Below are positions 50,896 through 64,000 of a stretch of 64,000 nucleotides of DNA, one piece after another (positions within the stretch are counted from its first letter, which is position 1; every line of letters begins with the position of its first letter). A program made the position numbers and the translations under genes. This DNA is from Antedon mediterranea (Eukaryota > Animalia > Echinodermata): assembly GCF_964355755.1 (NCBI RefSeq), contig NC_092677.1, positions 18,126,101 to 18,190,100 on the forward strand. The letters are read 5' to 3'. The notes beneath the pieces are model-generated. The model made no database searches. It had not been told where the DNA came from and worked only from the letters and a program-made list of their open reading frames with translations.

Positions 50896-51129
50896 ACAAC
50901 TTGGGTGCCGTCAACCTTACAGCTTTATCAGACATCATCCGATGGCCAGGCCGCCGCATCGTTGTCATTGGATGTTGGTGATTTAGCGGCTAAGTTTGAC
51001 GTCATGGCACTCAAACGGTAGCTGTTTACAAAGCGCAATATATATCTGTTTTGACAGGGCAGCTGAAAAACTTTCTTATGAATAAGGTCACCAAGAAAGA
51101 ACTACAAGCTGTAGAGATATTAATGTATG
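50896..51129 (+). pseudogene. Two candidate exons of a BTB-like gene, possibly frameshifted
   Basis: ag|50896-51017|gt encodes ...DLAAKFDVMALKR. After a 40-nt intron, 51058-51129|gtaaat gives AAE and then, in a shifted frame, NFLMNKVTKKELQAVEILMY. This is weakly like the end of a BTB domain. Confidence 0.3.
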
Positions 51130-52315
51130 GTAAATTACTAAGACTTATCAAGAGATATAGTAATGTGTGGTAAAACGTTAAGACTTATCTAGAGATAGTA
51201 ATGTATGGTAAAATGCTAAGACTTATCTAGAGATAGTAATGTATGTCAAAACGATAAGACTTATCTAGAGATAGTAATGTATGGTAAAACGTTAACACTT
51301 ATCTAGAGATAGTAATGTATGGTAAAACGTTAACACTTATCTATCTAGACAGAGTAATGTACGTTAAAATGCTTAGACTTATCTAGAGATAGTAATGTAT
51401 GGTAAAACGTTAAGACTTATCTAGAGATAGTAATGTAGGGTGAAATGTTAAGACTTATCTAGAGATAATAATGAATGGTAAAATGCTAAGACTTCTAGAG
51501 ATAGTAATGTATGTTAAAACGCTGATACTTATTTAGAGATAGTAATGTATGGTAAAACCTTAAGACTTATAGAGATAGTAATGTATGGTAAAACGTTAAG
51601 ACCTATCTAGAGATAGTAATGTATGTTAAATGCTAAGACTTATCTAGAGATAGTAATGTATGTTAAATGCTAAGACTTATCTAGAGATAGTAATGTATGG
51701 TAAAACGTTAACACTTATCTAGAGATAGTAATGTATGTTAAAATGCTAAGACTTATCTAGAGATAGTAATGTATGGTAAAACGTTAAGACCTATCTAGAG
51801 ATAGTAATGTATGGTAAAACCTTAAGACTTATAGAGATAGTAATGTATGTTGAAACGCTAAGACTTATCTAGAGATAGTAATGTATGTTAAATGCTAAGA
51901 CTTATCTAGAGATAGTAATGTATGGTAAAACGTTAACACTTATCTAGAGATAGTAATGTATGTTAAATGCTAAGACTTATCTAGAGATAGTAATGTATGG
52001 TAAAACGTTAAGACCTATCTAGAGATAGTAATGTATGGTAAAACGTTAAGACTTATCTAGAGATAGTAATGTATGGTAAAACGTTAAGACTTATCTAGAG
52101 ATAGTAATGTATGTTGAAACGCTAAGACTTATCTAGAGATAGTAATGTATGTTGAAACGCTAAGACTTATCTAGAGATAGTAATGTATGTTGAAACGCTA
52201 AGACTTATCTAGAGATAGTAATGTATGTTAAAATGCTAAGACTTATCTAGAGATAATAATATAGGCCTATGGTAATACGCTAAGACGTATCTAGAGATAA
52301 TGATGTATGGTAAAA
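51112..52315. repeat. 38-bp minisatellite (AGAGATAGTAATGTATGGTAAAACGTTAAGACTTATCT), ~31 copies
   Basis: Direct tandem array with variant units and no unique spacers. Confidence 0.95.
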
Positions 52316-53549
52316 GGATTCTATTTTTGCGTTTCCAGCTTGCGAGTTTTTTTCGTACGTAAGTTGGGGACCCCTCATGAAACGTCACAAAATAATCATG
52401 AATAATTCATCAGTTAAATTTGTTGTTCCGTGTGCACCCAAGCGTATAGCAACACAAGTGATTACAACTGCGATACGATTCTAGGCCTAGGATTCTAGGT
52501 CAATTCACGTGATTGCCTTCGCACACTCTTCTTCACACACACCACTATGCAAAATGTATCGAGGTGTGTGGACATAGCCCAAAGAAAGCTTAGACCCACG
52601 AGAATAAAGAATCTATATATAAATTTACGTAAGGACAAAATTTGGTAAATCGCGCGTTATTTCTAGAATGTTTACTCGATGGTATATTCAGTTGGTTAGA
52701 ATCTCGGTACTGATTTAAACCACCAGATGTAACCCTGTTTACTAATTAAATTTAGTTAGATAATTAGTTATTGACAATTAAAACGAATTTAGGTTGAACG
52801 ATTTGCCCCAAATAGGGGTGCTTTCCGACATACACTGTCTACTGGATGTCCTCTTAAAAAATACCTGCACACAATAATACGAGGATGCTTCGCATTTTCC
52901 TATCTCCTCCTACGATAATTGTTTTTAATAGCTGAAAACCGGTTGAACAGCTCGAGTACAGTATCATAATGTTGAAGACAGGCCGATTTTCTTTAAAAAA
53001 TACTATTTTGATAGATTTAATATACGTTTATACAAATGTATTGATTTGCGATGAATGTATCATTCCAATCTCTCAGACTCCCAGTTTGTAAATAAATTTA
53101 TGAGCCCTCCATTGCAATACTTTGACAATATTGTAAATACTGTACGTAATAACCATTTTTGGTCGCCATTTGAATCGAAATTTTCTTACTGTAAATTTGG
53201 TTACTGTTTATTGTATTAATTAGTAATTATAACAAGAAATATTTCTTACAAAAAACGCTGCTCGCTTATTGAAAAATATTTTTTATTTCAAATGTTTTTG
53301 AATGTGTCATCATTTTATTGTCACATAATAGTTATTTTACCTGAAAAAAATGTAATTTAAAGCAACAAATACTTAAATTGTCTGTCAGACAATTGTTTTT
53401 GGGTTTTTTTTCTCTTTTTATATGTGAATAAATATTATTATTTTTTTGTTGTATTTTGTGAGATTCACTCACTTTTATTTCATTCTTTACAATTGTTACA
53501 ATAATCTATATCAATTTTGTTTCAGTAGAAAACTATCTCTGCAGCTTAA

Positions 53550-56500
53550 AGTTTTTTTTTTTTGTTTTTCTTATTTTTAGTATTTTACATATATAAAAAG
53601 TTAAAGCATTTTAAAAATATACAAAAGCTATATAAAAATATACATCACATAATATAGGTTCACAATTGCCATTACAACATCACAAAATAAAATATACTGT
53701 AACTCATATAGCACCAGTAAATAAAACTAGTAAGGTAGAAACCATACTAGGATAATAAGTATTGTGTCTTAATAATATTTGAAAGCAGCAAATGTATATA
53801 TAAAATCAGTAAGAATATTTCTTGTTCCAATTACCAGATTTTGAAAAGACATGTTTATATGATTGGTACCTTTTAATACAATCTCTATTTTTTTCCAAAA
53901 ACCTTGAATAAATTTACAAGTAAAAAACATATGCTCCTCATCTTGTACCTCTCCACATCTACCACATATATTAGTATCTTTTAGTTTCCAGATAAACAAC
54001 CTTTTGTTTGTTGCTAAAATTCTGTTTGTAATTAAAGTGTATTAATTTTTTATCTTTCATTTTACAAACTTTAGATAACCAACCACAAACCAGAGATATA
54101 TACTCTTTGTTGTGATGTCCTTATATCTATTCCTAATGACATTTTCTGTTATATTATAATAACAATTTTTCTCGTATTTGATTATAGTTTTCCATTGTAT
54201 TGGTATCGCTTTTAATAAGCACATATATTCATTTAACCAGTTTGCTTTGTACTTTAATTTTACCCACAATTCTTTTGAAGTAATGAATCTATTTTCTTTT
54301 ATGATATCCTTCACTAAAATAATGCCACATTCAATCCAATGTTTATAACATAGTGATTGGTTTTTAAGTTGTATTAACTTACTACCCCACAACTGTTCAT
54401 TCATTATATCATCATATGTGTCTATACTTCTTTTACAGCAATTGTTATACTTTATGCATGCTTTCAACATACTCTCATAAAACATAGGCATTTTATGTAT
54501 GAAGTGGTTTTCATCTGTCGTGTTAAAAAGAATATTTTCTGAACATAAATTATTAATATAAAATTTTGGAATAAATTTCCATTTTGCTTCATCTTCATGT
54601 AACAACCTTTTTAGCCATGTGACATTAAGTGATTTTGTATGTAATTTAAAATCTAGCATTTTAATTCCACCTTCGTTTAGGTTTCCAATTAAGGTTTTCC
54701 TTTTTATTTTTTCAGATTTTTTACTCCATCAAAATTTATAACTTTGTTTGTTAACTATGTCATAAACATACTTTGGTACAGTAATAATATTTGCATTGTA
54801 TGTAAGTTTTGCTAGTGCAAGTGACTTCAATATAATTACTTTCCCATAAAGTGTTAAATTTCTAGAACTCCATAATTTCAAAATCTTTTCAAAATCAACC
54901 AGTTTATCACTCAAATTTTTAGTTTCACAAGTCTTGTAATCATATCCCACATATATTCCTAATATTTTTATCGCCTTTTTTTCTCAACATAAATCAAGTG
55001 GTTTATCACTTCTATTTTTCCATTAACCCATCCACATAGCTTTTGATTTATGTTTGTTTAATTTCAAGCCTGACATTTCACAAAATTCTTCCACAGTTTT
55101 AACCGCTGCATGAAGACTCTTTTCATTACCAACATAAAGTATTGTGTCATCAGCTAACTGACTTATTCTAGCTTCGACATTTACATTTGGTAATTTAATT
55201 CCCTTGTAAATATTACTATTTCTTATATTAGAGAAGCCATTATTTCGACCACAAGAATAAATAAAAGTGCTGATAACGGACTCCCTTGCCGAATGCCTCT
55301 TTCCATTCTGATGTTTTCTGATACCCATCCATTATTAATTGTGACACTCTCTATTCTGTTATACAGAATTTTTACCCATTCACAAAACACATTACCAAAT
55401 TTTAATTTTGCTAATACCGCAAACATAAACTCTCTACTAACCGAGTCAAAAGCCTTTTTAAAGTCAAGAACCATCATAGCCCCTTCAGGGTGTCACGAAA
55501 CCTAAGACCACGAAAGCTAAGACCCCCTAAGACCTAAGATCACAAAAGCTAAGACCCAAGACCTAAGATTACAAATTCTAAGATATACTACAGCTTAAAA
55601 ACAATACTTGTTTATCCATACATAATTTTAAACACAGTAGGTTTCATTTATTACCATAAATATAATGTAATACTACCGCAAAACATAGATAAACTCACAT
55701 TATTTCCGCCGTTGAGTAAATGTAAACTTGACGGGTTGTTTGTTGGTATATATTTACTCCATTGTGTTGGTTCAGAGGATGTTTTTCTTACGCACCTGCC
55801 ATTCTTGTATTTTTACTCCAAATTTGTTGACTAGCTTTATCCTGAATAAAATTAAAAATTAAAATAAAAAAAAAATTAAAAAATTAGGACTTATAAGTAC
55901 TTTCAGAAGGAGAAACACATAAAAACAAATAAATAAATCCTTTAAATTGATGATTTTACAGACGTGTTTCTTTGTATACTGTTACTTCTCGAGCTCCCCA
56001 TGGAGGTATAAAAATATCTATTTTTATACCTCCATGAGTATAAAAACAGAAAGAAAACGAAACAAAAAAACTTATCATGATTTTTAAATTAAAATTTATT
56101 TGCCAGTATTTATTTTTTCGTACTTGCATGATTATACTATTATCATTACAATTTTAATTTTACATTGTTCCATCCACACTGTAGATGGACTCCACAGAGT
56201 TTTCAGCCCTCTATATAATTTTTGCTCTTTTGAAGTTCCATAGAAACAAAAACATTGAACATATGGGGTAGGCCTACACTGTACTGTAGGCTAGTCATTT
56301 TGTGTGCGAGAAAAACGTCTTTAAAATCATCATTTTAAAAATGTATTTGTTACTTTTTATGTGATTCTTTTTCATGAAAGTGCCAATTCTAAGGTGTGGT
56401 ATTCAGAATAAATGTTGGGAGTTAAAATACAAGGCAGGTGCGAAAGATAAATATTTGTAATCTTATGTCTTGGGTCTTAGCTTGCGTGATCTTAGGTCTT

Positions 56501-58505
56501 AGAAGGTCTTAGCTTTTGTGGTCTTAGGTTTCGTGACACCGAGCCCCTTCAACATCATTTTCTTCCGTATAATAAAGTAGATCTTTAGCTAAACGTATAT
56601 TTTCCCCCAAAAACCTATCTTTAATATAACCCTTTTGGTCTGAATCAATTAGTGACTTAATGACCCTGCGTAGTCTATAACTTAACACATGGGCAAGAAT
56701 TTTATAATCAGTATTTAATTGGACGCCAGTTATTTAAATTTTGTTTTTCACCACTAAAAGGGTAATAACACCTCTTCTTTGTGAGTTTGAAAGTTCCTTT
56801 GAATCAAATGATTCATTTAACTCATCACATAACAGTTGTCCAACACCGTCCCAAAAGAAAATGTAAAATTCTACACCTAGTACATCTGAGCCAGGCGATT
56901 TATTTTTCTTCATACTTAAAAGAGCCCCTTTACATTCCTCAATAGTGATTTTACCTTCACATAACTCTTTCTCTTTATCAGTGAGTGTATTCACTTTTGT
57001 CTTTTTCAGGTAACCACTTTTTTGGTTTTTTTGCCGCACTTGAAGATGAATTTAGTTTCTGTTCACTTTGTTGGGCGGAAAACGTTGAATCCTCTTTTTC
57101 TTTTTCTTGCTCTTGTTCTTGTATATTGTCCTTTTGCTCGGGTGACTTTGTGGCACGGTGAACGAGGTAATTTTGCTTTGAACGTTGTTGCTGCTACTAG
57201 TAAGTCCGAGACCGGGCATTTCATCTCTCTCAGTTGATTCTTTGTCTTCTTCACTTTCTTCTACGATTGATTTGTTGGTGATATCACTCATTTTTGTGTT
57301 GATGTTCGAATCATCTTTTTCTTTTACTATTTTATCAAGCATTTCCTGAATGAAACGTTCACCTGCGGATGGCAAGAAAAGAGGGTCATCATGCTTAGGT
57401 GTATATACTGATGAATCCGACATTGGCGTGGTATTATTTGCTTTTGTCGGTTGAACGTTATCGTTGTTTTCGTTTGGTCGTATTTCATTTGTAAGATCGA
57501 TGGTGGGTTTATTCCCTGTAGTTTCGACCGCACAGAATTTTTTGACGTGGCCATTTTTCCCGCATTTTCGGCATGTAATGTGGACATTTTTGGGACATTG
57601 GTTGGCTTTATGACCTTCTTCATTGCAATTGAAACATTTGTTATGTGCATCAATTTGATCCTTATGAAACAGTCTAGCATTAAATCCATTGATTTTTGTG
57701 AAACGTGGTAGGCTGCCTCTGAAGGGTGCAACTATGACTGCTCTGTCACCGTTCACAAATCTGGATAACTTTCCGTTGATTCGAAATTTGACATACTGAA
57801 TTTCTCCAATCAATTTACAACCAAGTTTGTTTAAACATATCTTGAATTCGTCGTTGTGCACAGAGATCGGAATATCTTTGATTAGTACCCTAACTCCGTT
57901 ATTGACTGGGAGGTACGGATTTATATCATAGATTGTTACATGTTTGTTGTTAATGCTAATCCCTGCAGAGATTTGGAATTCTCCAAAGGTTTCTTATTCT
58001 TTGTATTCCAATTAAGTTGGCACTGTTCATTTGTTTGCACAGTGCAAAATAGATCTTTTCTTCTGTTATAAATTTTCTTTATCCTTGCATACGTCGTCGT
58101 TTTTTAAAAAGATCGGCTTCACGCTTGGTAGGTGTGGTTTTCTTTCATTCTCTGTTACTTAATTCTCTTTGTTTGTTCCAACAACACCTTTTGTTACTTC
58201 ATCCATTTTATTCGTAGGCCTACTTGATTGATTTAGTGTAATACGGTTTCTGGCCATTACTTTACCTGTTACCTTGTTCAATGTTTGCAAGAAAAATCAG
58301 GGCTAGGTCTTGTCGCTTCAAGACGGTGTTTCAACAGCCAAGATTCGATATAGTGATGCGATTCAGGACACAGATTAGTTCACTATTTGGTTGATATTTC
58401 GTCACTGTTTTATTTAGTAGCAATTTAATTTCAATTAATTCTTGAAAATTAAGTGATTTAGACCGAGTTAAACTGCACCTTAGTTTAGTTGTGTACACTC
58501 GGCGA
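53550..58505 (-). mobile_element. Decayed L1/Tx1-clade LINE (ORF1 with two CCHC knuckles; RT-containing ORF2 with the endonuclease region deleted)
   Basis: ORF1 has CFNCNEEGHKANQC and CRKCGKNGHVKKFC. RT motifs are KSPGSD, RRGVITLL, LDFKKAFDSV, RGIRQGSPLS and QLADDT, with a C-terminal CGRCGEVQDEEHMFFTC. There are many stops and frameshifts, and a T-run (poly-A tail) near 53552. The ends are approximate. Confidence 0.9.
55488..56541. mobile_element. Non-autonomous Mutator/MULE-like DNA transposon inserted in the LINE RT
   Basis: TIRs GGGTGTCACGAAACCTAAGACCAC / GTGGTCTTAGGTTTCGTGACACCG with CTAAGA subterminal repeats. The 10-bp TSD AGCCCCTTCA lies at 55478-55487 and 56542-56551. Removing the element restores ENDVEGAMMVLDFKKAFD. 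Confidence 0.88.
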
Positions 58506-58839
58506 TTCTTTTTGATTTTTTCCCCTTCTTATAGAACTATTTATAATTGTAAACTGATCCGCACGAGAATTTGATTAAACAAGGTACTACTTTAGTATTA
58601 AAATATCTTTCCGTCAGAAATGATGAAGTCATTGTTTATACAGCAATTGAATTGCAGTGTATTTGTTTGATTTATAGGTACTATACCAATAGCAATTAGG
58701 TCTACATAGGCTCATTCAAACCAACCCAAATCATAGAATTTGGACCATGCTCGTGAATAATTAATTTTGCATATTTCATAAAACGTATCAAGTTATGATT
58801 CGAAAAGTAAAAATGGAAAGAATAATGACAAATTAAACT

Positions 58840-59900
58840 TAAATGGATTGAAGAAGAAGAAAGCCCACTAAGTTTTTTCTTAACATGGAAAAGAAATATT
58901 TTGTTAATAAAACTATAAATAAAATAATAAAAGAAAGTGACAATAGCATACTGCAAAACACTAATGAAATTCTCGAGAATTCTAGATACTTTTATGAAAA
59001 CATTTATTCTTCAAATCACAATACAGTTGACAAAGAAAATATCGGACAATTTATTAAAATTATAAATAATGTACCGACATTAAATAAAGAACAAAAAACT
59101 AAATTGAAGTACCAATCACTTATAATGAACTTGTAACAGACCGTAAGAGACCAACAACACAAAATCACCGGGTATTGACGTTTTCAGTTATGAGTTTTTT
59201 AAATTCCTTTTTAAATTCATCTGTCAATTTCTAAAAAATTAGGAATAATCACGCTACTCCCAAAGGGAAATAAACCGCGTGGGTACCTAAAAAACTGAAG
59301 ACCGATCACCCTGTTGAGTGTCACCTATAAACTTATTTCATCATGTATTGCAGAACGAATAAAATCGGTACTTGTCACATATAGGAATTTCAATTGCTAA
59401 TCACGAGTAACGAATATCTCAATATACGGATGAAACTATATTATTCCTTGACGGTAAATGGAAATGGAAGAAGCATTTAGAATTCTCGATATATTTTCAA
59501 AATTTTCGGGACTAAAAGTTAACGTAAACAAAAAAAATGCTGTCTGGAATGTAAAGACCAAAGTGACCCAATATAAAAAAAATAAAACCATAATATAAAA
59601 TGGATTAAACCGGGTGAGGCCTTAACTAATTAGGTATTTTGTTAAGTACTAATCTCCATGAAGTGGTAGATCTCAATCATGAAGAAGTTATTAAATCGTT
59701 AAAAAATACAATGAATATTTGCTCATAGAGGGAGGATTGTAAAAGTTAATTAAATTTATAAACGACCTAGTTGAAGGAAAAGGAATAACTCCATTTAAAA
59801 ACTTCAATGAACAACACAATTTTAAAATTAACTTCCTTCAATATGAAGGCCTAATGCGGTTAAACAATATACCTCCTTAAAACTAATATCATAAAAAAAT
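58840..59900 (+). mobile_element. Highly degenerate L1/Tx1-like RT fragments
   Basis: Recognisable pieces FFL..EKK, YFYENIYS, KSPGID, GIITLLPKG, LKN*RPITLLSVTYKLIS and QYTDET occur across broken frames. Confidence 0.7.
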
Positions 59901-59934
59901 CACCCAATATTAAAATAAACATGGTACCAATCGA

Positions 59935-60410
59935 AAAAATTGCGATTTATAAAATACTACTTCTCCCTTATTCGTTGTAGTATTGAGCTGGGATTTGGCA
60001 TGGGTATACGACATGTCCTCAAAGCTATTATAGAGCGGGATTTTTTAATTTCAAACCGGATGCAGCCAAATGACGTCTGGAAGATGGTTCCTTGGTGCCA
60101 AACGATTTTCGTCTTAATATAGCAGTGTTTGGTGTCATTTCAAAGGTCTTGATCTTTGGTCTTGGAGAATAAGAATATATACAGTAAAACATTTTATTTA
60201 TGATATAGTGACGTCACTTCTGCTCCTGGAAAAAGCAAAAAATCACTTTGATATTTCATAATTTACCATAATTTTATGTGACGTAACTTTTCGGAATATA
60301 GCCGTATATGATAGCGAGGTTATTGATGTGTCTGTGACGTTACATCCCGTCTTATGACGTCATTACAGCTTCTTTTGCTGTACCCCGAGTATCGCACATT
60401 CGTGCTTGTT
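59935..60410 (+). mobile_element. Second, 5'-truncated member of the same HINE family, without tRNAs
   Basis: 59945-60050 matches the reverse complement of 8548-8670, and 60366-60410 matches the reverse complement of 7508-7552. Confidence 0.65.
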
Positions 60411-60740
60411 CTAATGTGTGTGTTACCCCTGGAGACTAGATTAGCAAACAAAGTCCATTCAAAATGTCTTATCTTCAGATCGTCTAGATTATTGAAGGTT
60501 TAATATTAATTTATTTAAACATTATAAATAAAACCATGTGTTTGAAACAGGATTATATGCATTGCATTTCACTCTACTATAAATAGAATTGAAATGAAAC
60601 CAGATGCTTGATATTGCCACTTTCCTATTTCCATCATTCTTAAGAATGCCTTTGTTTAGTGTTTATGCACACGTTGTTGGAATATAAGACAAACCTCTTT
60701 ACTCACAAATATATATTGCTTACAAATCATCTTACTTTAG

Positions 60741-60834
60741 GTCTATGAAGATAACGCAAACGAGCAGAAAAGACAATCTTCCTCTGATTGTGAAGGTCAG
60801 TCATCACAAAATGCTAAATCACAAGAAACAACAA
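60741..60834 (+). CDS. Isolated candidate internal exon (low-complexity peptide)
   Basis: ctttag|VYEDNANEQKRQSSSDCEGQSSQNAKSQETT|gtgagt: an open frame between canonical splice sites. No family recognised. Confidence 0.3.
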
Positions 60835-60949
60835 GTGAGTACTGTATAAGGATTTGAATTTTAATTAATTAATTACGGTGTTTTCATAGTTTATTATTAT
60901 TATATATAAAATGATCATCTATATTGTTATTATTATTACTACAGTCTTG

Positions 60950-63160
60950 ACCGGCACGAAGTACAGACGTGTGTTTAGTTACGCTCAGCCTGTTCGTAAT
61001 TTCTTTTGTTCACCCAGCATACCAATGTGTGTAGTACACAGGAGTTGAATTTCCCGCCTTGCTTGGTACTGAGAATCGGCACTCCTTGTGCCTAGATTCT
61101 TCACTTCACACTGCACACTGCCTGGTGCTGCTAAACTTTGGATGCATTTAACATTGTAAATTGTGATACAGCGTTTTTAAAGTGCGATTGATGTTTCTTA
61201 TTAGCAGTTGCTTGAATTATTATATAAGATGCCTGCAGCTAAGGAAACAAAAATGGCAGGTGAGGTCACAAAAATATTACAATTGATTTACAAAGTCATC
61301 GAAATAAATGAACAACAACATGTCAAAATTGAGGAGCTTGAGCTAAAGATTGTAGAATTATCTAAGGGAATAACGGAGCTGAAATTATCTAATGAATGTG
61401 TAAAGAATGTTGATATTTCAAAAAGGGTAAAAAGAAAGGTGTTAATAGGCGACTCGCTGATTGGTGACACGATACCGACAGATGATACTATGAATATCCA
61501 GGTGGTAAAAGGAGCAAATTTCTCGAGCCTTAAAGAAAATCTGGATACAATAGCGTGACAATAGCAATGACGAAAGCCTATTATCGTCTGATGGACTGCA
61601 CCTGTCTACGTTAGGTAAGAAAAGAATAATAACAAACCTAGAGCTAACAAACTTTGTTACAATCAAACATTGCCGAGGACTAAATAGAAACTACCAAAAT
61701 CAACAATTTCAAAGTCCAAAACAGTGTTACAAATGCGGAAGATGGGGCCACATCTCACGAAACTGTAGCAGTATAGGTCTCACTGGCATAACTAATCAAT
61801 TACAGAAACATCACGGGGTCAAAATTGGCCACTTAAACTGTCGTAGTATAAATAATAAACTAGATGAAATTCGTTTAATTGTTATAAATCTTGATGTTTT
61901 TTTGTATCTCCGAGACTTGGCTAAACGAGTCTGTTAATAATGATTATATACATATTAACGATTACCACGTGATTAGAAATGACCGTATACAAAAAAAAGG
62001 AGGTGGTGTTAGTATTTATGTAAAAGATTCACTCTCTTTCAATGAAAGACAGGACCTAAAAATCGATAATTTAGAGGCAGTATGGATTGAAATAAATCGG
62101 AAAAAAAAAATACAAATATTTTAATTAGCTGTATGTATAGGCCACCAGATGCGGATGCAAATTATTTTAACTTAATGGTTAACTCACTCGTTAGGGCAAG
62201 TCTCGAGGATTCCGAAATTGTTTTATTAGGCAATTTAAATATTGATTATGTTAATAATGATAGTCTGGTATATAATCCAATCAATATGCTAGAAAATATG
62301 TTTATTTTAAAGCAATTGATTCATGAAATGACACGTATAACCTCAACGACATCCAGTTGTATTGACGTTATACTGTCCAGCATGCCTGACCAACATAATG
62401 CTAGTGGTACCGCAACCATTTCTGTGAGTGACCACAACTTAATTTTTACTTCAATAAATGATTGCTCCAAAAAAAAGCACAACCATAAAAATGTTACTTT
62501 TAGGAATTATATAGGTTTTTTTTTCATGGATTAGTTGGCGTAATGAATTTATAAAAATCTGTAATACCCATACCCCAATACAATAATGCAGAGTTAAACG
62601 CAGATGTTCACCCTGGATGACCCCTGATATTCTGAAATTAATGTACGAACGAGATTATGTCAAATTAAACTGGTAAATCCTGACCTAAAAAATGAATATA
62701 AGCGGCTACAAAATCTTGTTACAAATACTATTAACAAGGCAAAGCGCGAATATTACAATACAGTTCATCTTAACTATAAAAATAATCCAAAAAAATTATG
62801 GAATGAGATAAATCGAGTAACTGGAAAGGGTAAAAAGAATTTGAATACTACAATTTATGTTGAAAAATGCAATAAATATTTTACTAATATTGGAACAAAC
62901 ATGGCCGATTCTTTTGATAAAAATAGTTTTCCCAAATGGAAAAATCCTGATTGTCTTTATAAATTTAAGTTTCATGAGGTTAATGTTGAAACAGTAAAAA
63001 ATAAACTCTCAAAATTGCCTGAAAAAAAACATAGATGTGATAGACTTTGATAACAAATTACTCCGCTTAGCGGCTCCATTTATCTCATATTCCTTATGTC
63101 AAATATTTAATTTAAGTTTAATAAATGGTATTATACCAGATGACTGGAAAATAGCAAGAG
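60950..63160 (+). mobile_element. 3'-truncated CR1/L2-like LINE (SGNH-esterase/zinc-knuckle ORF1, APE endonuclease, start of RT)
   Basis: ORF1 has IGDSL, DGLHL and CYKCGRWGHISRNC. The endonuclease has HLNCRS, CISETWL, RNDR..GGGV, YRPP and SDH. The RT start reads CQIFNLSLINGIIPDDWKIAR and then ends abruptly. Confidence 0.85.
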
Positions 63161-64000
63161 AAAAAAATAAATAAAATTATTCTTCGTTGTTTCTTTCTGT
63201 TCATATTATTTGTAATATTATCTCAAAAAGTTAAATGTCAATAATCACCAACATTTCACAATATCTTTCGATTAATTAAAGTTTATCCTAATAGTGTGGT
63301 GCCATTTTGCATATATTTTCACTTTGGGCACATAGACTCGAAAAATCACTGTAGCCAAAAAAATTGTAGACTACGACCATATTTGGGGTATTTTCAAAAA
63401 GATGGTCTGTATCTTGGTGTCGAAATGCTCAGAACATATATGCTTCTATACGCCCTAACACAACATTTTGTCTGAAAATGGCCGGAATCACCATTTCCGT
63501 AATTGTGACCTTTGACCCTAGTATGCTCATATCTTGATAACTACTTGTAGTAGAGACATGCGATTGGGCTTGAATTTGTTAACTCAGAAGAAAAAAACAT
63601 ATGGATGTTACAGATTTCATAAAATCACACAATAAAACTCATTGTGTAGTAAAACTTGTGTATATATAATTACTTATATAATGACTTACTTAATAATTTT
63701 TTTTTAATGTAGAATCGCTTGAAACAATGATGAAGCCTTTCGCGTTTAACTCAGAAGAAAAAAAACTATCACCAACAGATGAAGGTAATTAGTAACAAGA
63801 ACACAGAGAAAATATTTTGTTTAAAAAACACAGAAAAGTGAAGACTTTGTCAATATCCATAAGTTATTTGTTTTAATGTTATAAATATATTTGGAGCTAA
63901 AAAACATACACTTTGCTGGACCACTTTTCAGGTCATATGCTTTGAATTGAAATTTTACTTTCTTTTGATTTAGATTAATTTGCCATTACTAAATCTAAAA

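Noticed and set aside
51112-52315. CRISPR-like array
   Set aside because: The units are contiguous 38-bp repeats with no unique spacers and no cas genes, in a eukaryotic context.

Overview
This is AT-rich, intron-containing eukaryotic DNA from an invertebrate, probably an echinoderm such as a crinoid (inference only). I reconstructed four spliced genes by hand. (1) The 5' coding exons of a CMIP-like PH-domain gene (minus strand; the rest probably lies left of the window). (2) A glutathione S-transferase omega gene (minus) with two duplicated, alternative terminal exons, one ending in the peroxisomal signal -SKL. (3) A secreted QPD/WND C-type lectin nested antisense in GST intron 1. (4) A 5-exon secreted ML (MD-2/NPC2-like) domain gene. 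The remainder is repeat-rich. It holds two class A GPCR pseudogene relics, tRNA-Val(AAC) pseudogenes inside a Helentron-type (HINE/DINE-1-like) element, and a 5S pseudogene. It also holds a Deu/Nin-type SINE, a minimal hammerhead ribozyme motif, several MITEs, minisatellites and three decayed LINEs, one interrupted by a MULE-like element. A near-identical 3x ~3.03-kb tandem duplication ends in a partial unit that keeps the empty sites of two insertions. Paralog comparisons within the window show that the abundant TACTGTA and TAGGCCTA words can arise as short insertions at TA sites, resembling transposon excision footprints. All family calls come from recognition by eye; no database searches were run.
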